From the NCBI GenBank assembly GCA_043228905.1, contig JBHGNT010000011.1:22010001-22074000 (forward strand): a DNA stretch of 64,000 nucleotides, written 5' to 3'. A program made the translations under genes and the position numbers. Under the pieces are notes generated by a model. The model saw nothing but the letters and a program-made list of their open reading frames with translations. It had not been told where the DNA came from and did no database searches. Source of the stretch: Azolla caroliniana. Lineage: Eukaryota; Plantae; Polypodiophyta. Of this stretch, positions 1 to 15,009 are shown piece after piece; the first letter of the stretch is position 1, and the number at the start of each line of letters is the position of its first letter.

Positions 1-369
1 CCAATGACATATGGAAGGCTAAGAATGGTATACTGACTTCTGATTACAAATTCAATAAATACAAGTATCGTCGAGGACCTTGTCAAGCATCAACAATGGC
101 ACTATGTGTCACCACATTGACATCAAATACATCTTGACACTAAATTGTGAAGGAAAATACTAAGCTCATCCACAAGTATAAGGATCGATTAAATTGGTTT
201 GCAAGTAACTATCCTAATAAGCTATGGATACCATGGCTTGATTGTATGCTTATTATCCGTTTGATCATTTGTGTCTATATGCATTTGTTACAAGCTTGCC
301 AATAAGCATCTATATCACCATTCATTTCTCAATGTATTATGGGGTCATCTACAAGCTCTAGCAATGTGG

Positions 370-590
370 ATCTCCAATACTAATCACATTGATATTGCTT
401 CTTGATTTGTATTGACCCTAAATATCAATAAGCACCGAGTGTAATAATGAAGATCTCAATAACTAATCACATTGATATTGTTGTCACATTTGTATTGACC
501 CCAAATATCAACAAACACCGAGTGCTGGAATATATACAACGATATTGCCTTCACATTTGTATTTACCCCAAATAACAAGCTCTAAGTGTT
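370..590. repeat. Degenerate tandem repeat, ~83-bp period, about 2.5 copies
   Basis: taatcacattgatattg...tttgtattgacc(c/t)aaatatcaa..caccgagtg recurs at ~381 and ~464, with a partial copy at ~541. Confidence 0.7.
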
Positions 591-1687
591 CCAAATCATG
601 TTATTTCCCTGAACAACCATTGCATAGACCTACATCATGAAGGCTAAGAACAATGCCACAATCCCAATCATCATCTTCAAAGAGTACTCATCAAACACAT
701 TGTTACCATGACTAGTTGCAATCAATTATCTACATTTAGACATTATCTTCATTAGGTACTCATTAAACATATCATCACCATGATTACATGCAACCACTTC
801 TCAACATTCATTCTAATCCATCAACCATCCATTCTAATTTTAATGTAGCATGAATGTAGAAAACTTTTAAGTAACTGCAAAACAATACTTTGGAAGTTAA
901 AGAAACAAGACAATTATTAGGTTATGAATGCCCCAATCCAAAAGGGATTGGAATTACAAGGTGTCAGTATGAAAATAAATCAAATGAAACTTATGAGTGT
1001 AAAGTACGTTCTCAAAGGAAAAAACCAATTTGATTGAGCATCGGAATATGTTAGGATGAGATACCCATGGCACTAAAACAATGAAGAAAGTGGGCTTGTG
1101 TATGTTATGGAAGCATGTGAAGGGAATATTATTGTATCAAACATTATTGATCAATGATCCCTCTTTAGTATCATTATTGTCTAGACTCTAGAATTTGTGT
1201 CAATCTTTAGTGGCACCAAATGGTTATCTATTTATCTCAAGCGTATGGCAACCAATGCATCATTCTCCATCTTAACTTGGTAGTGATAAATGAAAAAAAT
1301 AACTTGTCAAAAGTTGAGCATCCGTCAGCATTCTTAACATTGTGCATTACAACCACATAGGTATACAATATGCATTCTGTTAATTCTCTTCGCCTATTCA
1401 TGAAGGTATACACCGATTTGCATATAACCCCCCCAAAGTACTTGGGATATCTTTCTCTACTCAAGAAGAAGACAATGTAAGACCATGTCCACTTGTTATA
1501 AATTGGATTTCTTATCAAATTGCCTTGTGATAGTCTATTATAAAATGTTATAATAAGCATATACACATTTCGTTGAGAAAATATGTTATACTAAGCATAT
1601 ACACTATCATCGAGAGAACGATGGTTTTTAATACAAAAAGAATAAAAATTTTAAGTGACATCACAATATACATGGTACCATTAACGG

Positions 1688-4396
<2,709 letters not shown>

Positions 4397-4456
4397 CTAC
4401 CACGGTGAAGAAGGAAGGGAAGAAGAGTTCAGAATTCGCTCTCCTTCTCTCTCTCT

Positions 4457-4620
4457 ATATATATATATACAATGTACATACAATATGTAGTCTATAGACA
4501 CACATGTGTTCTCTCTCCATTCCCTTCCCTTGGTCATGAAATTTCTCTTAATAATCAAAACCTCTCTTTCCTGCTCTATCTTGTGCGCCACGTGTTATCA
4601 CTCACCATTTGCCACGTGGC
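4457..4620 (-). promoter_or_regulatory. Putative FtsH promoter with a (TA)n TATA-like tract and two G-boxes
   Basis: CACGTG at 4589-4594 and palindromic GCCACGTGGC at 4611-4620, ~230-250 bp upstream of the ATG, plus a TA run at ~4457-4469. G-boxes are typical of light-regulated plastid-protein genes. Confidence 0.55.
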
Positions 4621-7600
4621 TTCCATACGCATGGAGATCTTCTCCCTTGGGACTCTCAAGGTCCTCTCCACTCCACGACCCCCCCCCCCCCCCCCTTCTC
4701 TTTTCCAATCCCTCTCTCAAGCCTCCTTGTAATGCGATGTGACGCAAAGTGATCTTAGGCAAAAAGGTCACGACTGGCTATGAGATGAATGATCAATCCA
4801 AGATGGGACACAATGTTCATCAAAAAGATTCCTTTTGGGTTGCCACTATGATATGATTTGAGGACACAAGGTACAAGTCACCCAAACAAACATTTGGGGT
4901 GCGTATGGATTTTTTGTGTAGAGGTTGTCTCGAAGGGAATTATGTGATCCACCTAGTTGCAAAGGAGATTAGTGAGAAGTGAACTCATTAACTTATGGAG
5001 CCAACTTGCCAAGCATAAATATAGAGGACGAGGTAAGGTATTCGAAGAAGGGGACTTTGACATTGATGTCAAACTCTACAAGCAAGTAGCACAATCACAC
5101 ATGGAAACTCCGAAGAACCACAACAACTCGTTGATTGTGCCATCTACGACTTCGGATGCCCAAATTGGGTAAGGCATGCTTGGTATTTAAAGTTGCATCC
5201 CGAAGATGATTGGTTCGGAACCCAAGAATCGCCATAAAACAGAAGTGCCACTTTTTGGACAACTTATTGTACTTCACAAAGGAGCCAGACCTACTCATTA
5301 AGTAGTCAGAAGCATGTCCTTTAGGGGAAACATGCAACATTCAAGATTCCACAATGAATGAATATAAAATATGTCATGGTGAGCATCCCCAATCCATAAG
5401 AATATTGTAGTCGAGTATCCTAGAGGAAAACAACTCTATAAGATCATATTGAGAATGTTCGTAAGAAGTTCAATGTCATAAGCAATCCAAAAAATAAGAG
5501 AGAGATTATCAACAATATGGGGAGAGCATCCATTCCTTGGAGCCTCTTGTGGTTTTATTGTTTGCAGGTTGTGGCGCTACTTCCAAAGCCATTGATCAAC
5601 TCCAATTCAAATCCACATCATGTGATTGTGTATGTGTGCCTACATGGGATATGCACCTATGAGAAACATAGCACGGAGTAAAAGTTCCCAAACATGAAGA
5701 GTTTTCAAGGCACCTAACCACCACAAAGCATAGGATAAGGCACATTGGTAGCGCATACCAAAGGGAAGGACAATGTTGGACAATGTGCATTATGTGGTCA
5801 TCCATTTTAATGTAGTGTAATCCTCAATGCTAGATTTGCAGACATATAGGACAAGTCCAACAAACAATGAGTCAACAACAAACTCCACACTCAAACAAGC
5901 CCACTTGGACAAGTTGTGGGACATTGGTGAATGTGGCGACGTATAATGAAAATTGTTGTTGTTCAATGGTAGTTAATGTTGAATACACCATAGGGGTGAG
6001 ATTCTCCTCGTATGCATTTGCCTAATTAGGCCAAGGTTTACAAATGTGGTTTGATCTAGCAAGCCCATTCCACATTCAATTCTTGATTTCACGAGCATAC
6101 CATCATAAGTGTGGAGGAGGTCAAATACCTTCTCGCATTACATAACATGGGGAGTGAGAATATGTAGTTGGGTGCAAGTCCTTACTTCGTTGAAGGTGTC
6201 CAAATATATTGGATGTATAGAATGTCATGGTAGTGCAATTTTCTATCATTGGCATCCTCATTCCACTTCATTGGGAGTTCATCTATCAGTAGTGAGAGAT
6301 AACATCCCATTCAAGGGAGTCCTTGCATTGCATCAAGCTTGTGATGATGGTCCAATAGATGTCATTCCAAAATACTGCTTATTATGGTATGAGTCAACAT
6401 GATGAGGGAACATTTAACTTCATTGTCAATTTGCAACTTCAATCTCCACATACTACCGCTACGAATACTTTAATGTCATATAGTATATGTAACCTTTTTA
6501 AAGGTGTACCGGTCATTTCATATAGCCACCATAGTTTCCACCCGAGCTTGAACTCTTGTAGTATCTTTCTAGGAAACGAGGATCATCCAACTAGTAGCCA
6601 CTAGGTCATGTTTGGTTACATGGTGAGGGTTTACACAAAACTACATCAACTAGTGATGGTGGGCTAAAAATGGAAGGATCAATCTTAGAGCAAAGAGGCA
6701 AGGATCACTGCACTTAATTTTATTATAAGAAATGGTAAGTTGGGACAATAACTAGTTTATGGGCCTAATCACGTTGAAACTTTGCAAATGTAATATGATG
6801 TTTTGTAAGGCACATTGAATGAAGGGATCGTACAAATCAAATTTAATCGGAGCATATATTTATTATCAAAAACGTTTACAAAAGAACCAAAAAGAATAAA
6901 TAGCAATGGGAAAGATTGTGATAGTTCAATGAAGACAACGTCTAAACTTGATTCATTTATGGTACGAATTGCATGTTGACATTATGTTCTTCTTATGCTA
7001 ATATGATTAAGTCATTTAAGGATTTTTGGAACCAAAAGTAGGTTATGATAGGTCCCAAGTACCTTTGATGTGAGAACTTCTCGAATAACATGGACGTCCT
7101 ATGATGACTCTTTCATTGAGAGGATGATGATTGTCATTGTACACAATGAAATCTTACACTTTCTCCATGTTGTTCACAAATTTCTTGAATCAAGCGTCTG
7201 AGGTGATGACTTCTCCCAATTAACTTTGGCATGAAAACTTCTCAAGGAACAACTTGAATGTCTAAAAGATTTCGAGTGGTTGGAGCATCAAAAAGTTGGG
7301 ACACCAATGACCTACTTACTACATTGCGATGAATGAACAATGAAAATGGCATATAGGAAGGAGCTAGTTGTCTATTCGCCTAAAGTACGGCATGAATCAT
7401 GGTCAATAAGTGTGCCCCTGTTGCATGGGATGGGGTGGGGTGGGCGGGGACACGATGGATTTGGTCGACATGATCAAGTGGCATGGATTCTTGAGGCCCG
7501 GACTTCGAGTCTATATACTTGTGAGGGAGGGGCACACTTCTTCATTTGGTGACAAAAGGAAAATGGGTTTTGAGCAAAATACTACATAATGATTGATTAG

Positions 7601-7672
7601 GAAAGGAAACAAAAAAACTTTCCAAAATGCAAGCATTTATAATCATCAAATGATAAAAGTTGTTGTAGCGCC

Positions 7673-7685
7673 TTCTGGACTCTTC
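7673..7685 (+). promoter_or_regulatory. Imperfect heat-shock element upstream of the Hsp70 gene
   Basis: TTCtgGACtcTTC matches TTCnnGAAnnTTC with one mismatch, ~200 bp before the ATG. Confidence 0.4.
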
Positions 7686-7875
7686 CATATAACCACCAGC
7701 CAGCCAGCCAACAACAGACTAGATAGAAGAAGCGCCATAGCCAAGCTCACATTTATAGCAATCCCTCCCACCCTTTCTAGCCCGGCCCCCCCTCTCTATA
7801 GTTATACTATAGAAAACCCCATACCATAACCTTCTCTAAATCATATTATCCTGTTTATCATCAATCAGCTCATCC

Positions 7876-9651
7876 ATGGCCAACCCATCTAGTTATATCG
7901 TCGCCTCTGACAGTGATGCTGGCGGTGGAGGCGAGGACTCGGGCACATCGGCACCTCAGATCGAGTCGGCAGTTGGGATCGATTTTGGGTCCAACTTCTG
8001 TTCGGTGGCGGTTTGGAGTAGCGAAAAGTCTCAAGTTGAGGTTCTAGGCAACACGATCGGCCTCAAACGCATGCCCTCGCACGTCCTCTTCAATCCCGAT
8101 CGCATCCCGTGCAGCGGGGTGAGCTCCGTGATCTCTGATGCCGAGCTCGCCTCGGGAAGCGTGATCTTCTACACCAAGAGCCTGGTGGGCCGCGTCGATA
8201 CCGACCACATCGTGCAGAGTTTCAAGAATTATTGCCCATTCCTTGTGCAAACCCTCGAGATCGGTGTCCGCCCATTCTTGGCAACCCTGGTGGGCGGGGT
8301 TTGGCGATCCACCACGCCCGAAGAGGTGATTGCCATAGTCCTGATGGAGATTCGGGCCATGGCTGAGGCGCAATTAGGGCGCCCCGTGAGATCGGCTGTC
8401 CTCACCATGCCGGCTTCTTTCAGCCGGTTCCAGGAAACCCGCCTCGAGAGGGCATGTGCCATGGCCGGCCTCCAAGTCTTAAGGCTCATGCCAGAGCCCA
8501 CTGCAGTTGCGCTGGTTTATGCACAAAGACAAGAACAAGCTAGCCATGGGAACATGGGTAGCGGGATCGAGAAAAACGGGTTTATCTTCAACATGGGGGC
8601 TTGCTTTTGTGATGTGGCCGTCGCCACCACTGCTGGTGGAGTCTCGCAAATCCGAGCTATCACTGGGGATAGCATTGGAGGAGAATCCATGCTCCGTAAT
8701 CTCATCAACCATGTCCTTGCAGGCTTAGATCCATCCCTAGAGACTAAGTACAAACAGCATCATCATCTAGTCTCCAAATTCTCTTCAATCCTTAGGCCCA
8801 TAGCAGAGAAGGCCATGCACACCTTGTCGCATGCTCCTACTGCTCTCATCGAATGCGAAATCGAGGGGACGCAGCTATCGAAAACCGTCACACGAGAAGA
8901 GTTTGAGCATGTGAATGCCGAAATCCTCAAGAGGTGTGAAGCATTGGCCCTCCAATGCCTGCACCAAGCGCAGGTTCGCGCAGAGAATCTGGACGATGTC
9001 ATCCTTGCAGGGGGGTGCAGCAATATACCAGCTGTAAGGGATCTGATACGGAAGGTATGTGGTGGAAAGCCCTTCTATGAAGGAGTGGATCCTTTAGAGG
9101 CAGCCGTCTGTGGGGCGGCCCTGGAGGGTGCCATAGCCTCTGGCACGACAGATCCGTCGGGTATGTTAGATCTTCTGACAATCCAAGCTATGCCTCATAG
9201 CCTTGGTATAAGGCTTACCAACAACGAATTTGTGCCGATCTTGCATAAGAATGTGGCGATCCCGGGGAGGAGGGACATCGTGGTGACAACCAAGCATGAG
9301 AACCAAGAAGAAGGCCTCATCATTGTTTATGAGGGGGAGTCGGCGAAAGCCAACCAGAATCATTTGCTAGGGTTTTTTAAGGTTATAGGGATCCCTCCCG
9401 CGCCCGCTAGGGTGCCGCTCATCAATGTTTGCATGGATGTGGATGCGTCGGATGTACTTCGGGTTGTGGCAGGAGTGTGCATGCCAGGTATTGAGAAGTC
9501 GGTGGTGCCCCTTGTGGAGGTGAGAATGCCGACCATGGATGATGGGCATGGATGGTGTGCCGATGCAATTTTAAGTAGACAAGGTTCTTTGCTCGAGCTT
9601 GATCATGTGCACCCCAACCCCAATCAAGGGGTACCTTCTAGTCATCAATAA
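7876..9651 (+). CDS. HSP70-8: Atypical plant Hsp70 (Hsp70-8/Hsp70T-2 clade), 591 aa, intronless
   Basis: GIDFG phosphate-1 motif, RLMPEPTAVA, IFNMGACFCDV, VILAGGCSNIP and a truncated substrate-binding domain without lid or EEVD. The clade signatures FSRFQ..RLERACAMAGL, NMGSG and MPTMDDGHGWC are present. Confidence 0.92.
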   Translation: MANPSSYIVASDSDAGGGGEDSGTSAPQIESAVGIDFGSNFCSVAVWSSEKSQVEVLGNTIGLKRMPSHVLFNPDRIPCSGVSSVISDAELASGSVIFYTKSLVGRVDTDHIVQSFKNYCPFLVQTLEIGVRPFLATLVGGVWRSTTPEEVIAIVLMEIRAMAEAQLGRPVRSAVLTMPASFSRFQETRLERACAMAGLQVLRLMPEPTAVALVYAQRQEQASHGNMGSGIEKNGFIFNMGACFCDVAVATTAGGVSQIRAITGDSIGGESMLRNLINHVLAGLDPSLETKYKQHHHLVSKFSSILRPIAEKAMHTLSHAPTALIECEIEGTQLSKTVTREEFEHVNAEILKRCEALALQCLHQAQVRAENLDDVILAGGCSNIPAVRDLIRKVCGGKPFYEGVDPLEAAVCGAALEGAIASGTTDPSGMLDLLTIQAMPHSLGIRLTNNEFVPILHKNVAIPGRRDIVVTTKHENQEEGLIIVYEGESAKANQNHLLGFFKVIGIPPAPARVPLINVCMDVDASDVLRVVAGVCMPGIEKSVVPLVEVRMPTMDDGHGWCADAILSRQGSLLELDHVHPNPNQGVPSSHQ

Positions 9652-11615
9652 AGTCTTTAAGTGTTACATATAAACTGCTGTTCAAATTTCAAGATTAGCC
9701 CTATTGCTTGATTGAATACTTTGATGATGATGAGGGGGCTACTAGTCTTAGCCTTAATGTACGTGGTGGTGGTGGATCTTCATTTCCCCAAGTAAAAAAT
9801 GTAGGCGGTGGTTTCCTTTCCTTTCCTTTCGGAGGTATTGTTTACATAGAATTGGAAGGTCCAATGAAGATTGTAAGATTCTTCACTATACTCGTTTGTA
9901 CTTATTTATAATCACATGCAAATGTAGAACATGCCCAATATGGACCGGACCTCTCTTCATTGGATTTTAATTAGTGAAGATATTATGTGTTGTTTTCACA
10001 TAGGTTTGGGTTTGCGTTTGTGTTTTTACGTCTTGGAGACTTGAAATTCATTGATGTTGTATTTCCGTTTCTATTATATTCTAGATATCTTAAACTCTTT
10101 CTTCTTTTATAATATTGGACATCTTATTAGGACAAATTTCCCTTCCTAGTAGTGGGTAAGTGCCAATAATAAACACTTGGCAAGTTAATATTGGATACTT
10201 TCCCTGATGTATATCATAGATTCATAAAGATTGCATGTTAATATTGGAAATTGTAATAAAATATGAGCATTGCTTTCATGATATATCATAAAGATGGCAA
10301 GTTAATGTTGGGCGACTAATAGAATGTGGGCGCCTCTTTTTGATAATTGGAAACCTTATGTAGACATCAACGTTTCCCCAATGGGGAATACATTTTAACA
10401 AACCCTTGGAGAATACTAGTTCATCCCGTCCTATGGCCCATTCCCTCATTTTAACAATATCCCTTCGCAATTTTACTTAATAACTTCACTTCATCCCCCC
10501 CTTTTTCCCTTGGCGCTTCTAGTTTTGCCCCACAATCAAACAAACAAGAAAATGCTACACTATATTTCAAATTTAGATAAATGAGACGGAAATATAGCAA
10601 AGGCGTCATTCTTGTATATGGAACTTGGACATTACCTTCTTATGTCTGGGTCTTCATGCAGAGTAGGTCAACAGACACTATTGCAAAATGCATTGGCCCT
10701 TCACATGTACTCAAAAAGGGAAAAGGTCCACAAGTTGTGAGATGTCTTATTCTCCTCAATGTTTTAACTACCACAATTTTTATTATTTTTAATGGTTCAC
10801 TCTCCTCAAGCTCTAATATTGGCTATTTGCTAACATGCCAATTAGTATGATATAGTGCAAACCCCTCAGATTCCTTAGAGTATTGGTTTAATAAACCAAT
10901 TATTAATAAGCCTTGTCTCGTATCAAATTATTATAAGCAATTGTGGAGTATCGTAATCAAGAATCCATATCTAACAAAAAAATTAGTGTAAAACCTTTGA
11001 ACTGTAATATCCTTTCTAGATTTAGGGTTTAGGGCATAATATTAACTATAAATTCAAGTTCAAGACCATAACGTGAGTCATTCATTGGTTACTAAATTAA
11101 TAGCCTGTGATGTGTTGGAAATAAGTGATGATTTGATTAATAGAAGTGCCAAAGATTCGTGTTTCCTTTTAGCATAGATAAAATAGCCTTCCAAGTTGTG
11201 ATTACAAAGTTCTACAGCATCATATAATTTGACATGACTTGCTGATCGATAAGCACAGATGTGAAGTAGAATTATCGAGAGTTGCTCAATAATCACTGTT
11301 ACATTATTGTTACAATGTGCATAGTATGAATGGTCCAAGTGTATTGGGGAAGGTATCACATCTGCATGCTTCATAAGAGATGGTTAGCACGGCCTGGTTG
11401 AAGATGCATCAACTGACCAATTACTTTACACGTTTGAGTAAAAATATGCAACACCCAGGGTAGTTCAAACATTTATAAATTGTTATATAACTGGAAGTGT
11501 GAAGGACTTGTGGCCGTATACTATCTATACCTCATACAGAAAGCATGCTCCATTGGCATATTGCACAAGAGGAGAGAGGGGATGACCATGATTTGTCACC
11601 TTAAGCTTTTCAACC

Positions 11616-14600
11616 CTATAGTGTAATATTCCACACAGCACCTTCATTCTCAGAGCATCGCTCGTGAACACCTTTTATTCTCTCGACCGATCGGCATATC
11701 CCACTGCACGACCAATCAAACGAGGCAGCACATACATTGCCTTCTTGTGCTTTCCACTGGCAATCTGCACCATGTGATCAAGTATTTTGGTGAATAAAAA
11801 AGCCACTTGGAAGTTCAGAGAACATCACACTGTCCATTTGTATATCTATATGTATATGAATATGCATATTGATTAACCTGGAGGGGTGCCACAGCAAAGC
11901 CTTCTATCATCTATGTGCTCGACATCAAGCCCGATGAACCATGCTCCTAACGATACATCCTCGTTAGCAAATTTATGAAGTATTCTCCTGCCAATTTCTA
12001 AAAATAAATCATTAAGTTTGAGAGGAGAGAAAAAAACACCATCATATTAGTATCAAGTAAACCAAGGACTAACTCATTTGTTTGTATGTATGTTGCCAAG
12101 TCTTTCGATATAGCATATAGTTGTCCAGTTGCATGCCGGAAATACCGATTCCCTTCATCTCCAAACTTCCAATATTCAGGTTCATGATACCGGACACCCC
12201 TGCTAGGCCAAAACAAATTATTCCCAAATACATGAAAGTACAGTTGTCTCCACCTTTATTAATAGGTGCGGTGTACAAGTTATTACTGGGTAAACAAATT
12301 ATTTTTTACGAAGGACTGGCTCTTCATCATCAATGAAGATCTACCTTTGCTTCCATGCTCTCCCTTATTTAGTTTACATGATTTTTAGTTTCCATTATCA
12401 TTCAAATAAGACCTTGTAGACCTAATTATCAACTATATATTTAAACCTTATAGCATTGAAGTTCTAATATAAGGTTACTTCTCAGTTGTAGTAGCAACAG
12501 TAGGAAGGCAAGCTTTTGGTTCCATGCTCACAGATGACCAAGGCCTGGAAATTGGCCTGGAAATTGTGTACATGCAACAGTATGGATGCTCTAAATTTAT
12601 GTCTAATAGAATATCAACAAAAAGAATTTTGAAAAGAAGAAGAAACGATTGAATAATATACATCTAAACACAAATAATGTTGACCGCAATCTAGGTCTAC
12701 AACATCTAGTCTATCAGCCAACCATCTTGGTACGTTATTCTATCAGACGATTATCTGTGTGTTCGTCCTAATTCACATTAAAGAGCCCTTCATTGAATTG
12801 CAAACCAAAAGAATAAGTGATTCATATTGGTTAAGGTTCCTCAAACAGAAGTCACAAACCAGATATCGACTTTAGTTTTAACCACTTACTTCTGAGCAAG
12901 CACTGGCCCTGACTTCATGCAACCTATATACACACGGGGCTTTGTTCGCAACTTGGCTAGAATAGAACAGAAGGCTCCTGCACCACCCAGAAACATTCTC
13001 TTTATAAGTTAACCATACCAAATCATGCTACAAAATAAGTAAAACAATATGGATCTTGACCGACTCATTCTTACCAAGATTTACGTGCACATCATCATCA
13101 ACCTTAACATAAAAATCAGCATCCCATATAGTTACCGCCGTGGCGAAATAAAGCTTTGTTTTGGCAGACAACTCATGATAACCCTCAACATGACCCTGTC
13201 CATCCCCATCCCCATCCACACAAAAAAAAAACATAAGATCAGGATCTTTGATCATGAAAAAAACTTAATCATATAGAAATACCTTGAGATCCATATACAA
13301 ACAAATAATAGATTTAATTATAATAATAAATGGACAAGGATATGTGGTCCTGACCAGCCTAAGGATATCACGATGTTGGTTACTCTCTGCTTCAATGGCT
13401 CGATCAAGAATGCCACCAGCTGTAACACTGCACCAGAAATCAACCTCCTCTATGTCACTCACTCAGAGAAAAAAGGTATTCATAGGGCAGATGGTACACA
13501 AGATAGGTCACAAGCATACACGCAAACATACATTGATGGAGGTAATGTGCCCATCTATGGCCAAACTGACAAGCAATCATGCATTAATGGAGTCAATAGT
13601 CCAGATATGCACTGACTGTACATATGATTATGCATACACTATAACAATATACTACTTCATTGAAATTGGGGTGAAGTTAACCTGTGTCCAATGACAAATC
13701 TAATAACAATTCCTTTTTCTTGCTCCAATTGCTTCAACTTCTCACCTGATGTTCAGACAATCAGCAATCCACATGCTCAACAAGCAAGTATAGGAGGCTT
13801 GCATCATTACTAAGACAAAGATTCAATTATATTTTGTATGTAGATTAAACCTTACCTTTAGGCATCCAAGTTTCTCGCACTGAATCTCTTCTCTTCCGGC
13901 TACTAAACGCAGTATTTATACCTATTACAACAAACGCTTTCTGGCGACCCTCGGAGATATTGCTTTGGAAGCTGCCTATAAGAGAAGAATCTCTTAGATC
14001 TGATGGAGACTCTCTATCAGGAACCTGATTTGTTTGCATCTTAAGCCCTTCTGATCTGAAGAAAAAGATCCTTCAATAACTGTAAATAAAGTAAACACCA
14101 TGATGGAAGGTCAGATGTGGACAATGCATTTTAGGTAAACACTAACTAACCCAATAGATGCTTGGACAATATCAACGCTTTCTGATGAAGCTTTTCCTTC
14201 ATGGTTCTATAACAGAGAGAAATATATGGACAACATGTAGAAAGTAAGAATTAAGGAGCATGTACATGTAAGAAATAACGACGTCATATGGGAGTTTTTT
14301 TCTGCGCAAACAAAGACTTACTGTTTCATCTCCACATCCTTTTTGTGGATGCTTAACTTCACTGGGCTGAGGCAGGCCATGGATCTCAGGAAGAACCCAC
14401 ATTCTATATCATTCCACATATAGAGTTTTTTTCAAAGACTCTTCAACAACAAATGCTTAAATATTTTTTCACACAAAACGTGTAAAAAGATGAATGCAGT
14501 TTCTTATGCATTTCAACTGTTTCATCAAAAAACCCATACTCAGAAATATGGAGGTTCTTCTGGTTATATTAAACGCTTAAAGTTTCTTCCACATTCAATT

Positions 14601-15009
14601 CAGATTCATATGCTTTCAACAATGTACTCAACAAACGCCAATAAACAGGTGGATGCAGAATTTTTTCAATTACACAGTAAATGCTCAAAAAAATTCTAGA
14701 AGATGCACATTCTTTATTTCACGATAAATTCATGAAGTCTCCCCAGAAACCAGAAGACCAGATTCTTCCATTACATGATAAATTGATGCAAGACTCCCTA
14801 TAAACAGAAGGATGCAGATTCTTCATATCACAAGAAATGTTTCAAAAAATTCTTACAGAATAGATGCAGAAAAAGCCGTAGCAAAATAACGAGAACATAT
14901 AAATATAGAAAACCAACCTGTTGGTAAAAAAGAGACCCACACAGAAGCTTGATATGCAGAGGAGGAGAACCCATCTGTAAGGCAAGGATCCAGATCCTTT
15001 GCTAACCAT
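11616..15009 (-). CDS. GT31 beta-1,3-galactosyltransferase (type II membrane), ~386 aa. Exons 15009-14918, 14403-14322, 14206-14151, 14055-13856, 13745-13682, 13427-13355, 13195-13075, 12977-12890, 12199-12074, 11987-11878, 11764-11616.
   Basis: N-terminal TM ending FTNR/MW, then [78 protein letters not shown] and [11 protein letters not shown]. Ten GT-AG introns with consistent phases (1161 nt). Confidence 0.95.
14641..14870. repeat. Degenerate ~55-60 bp tandem repeat in GT31 intron 1
   Basis: The core (a/g)gatgcagattct..at.aca.gataaat recurs about four times. Confidence 0.45.

Noticed and set aside
4740-7550. Short ORFs between FtsH and Hsp70
   Set aside because: No recognisable motifs or splice-consistent model; probably decayed repeat DNA that I cannot classify.
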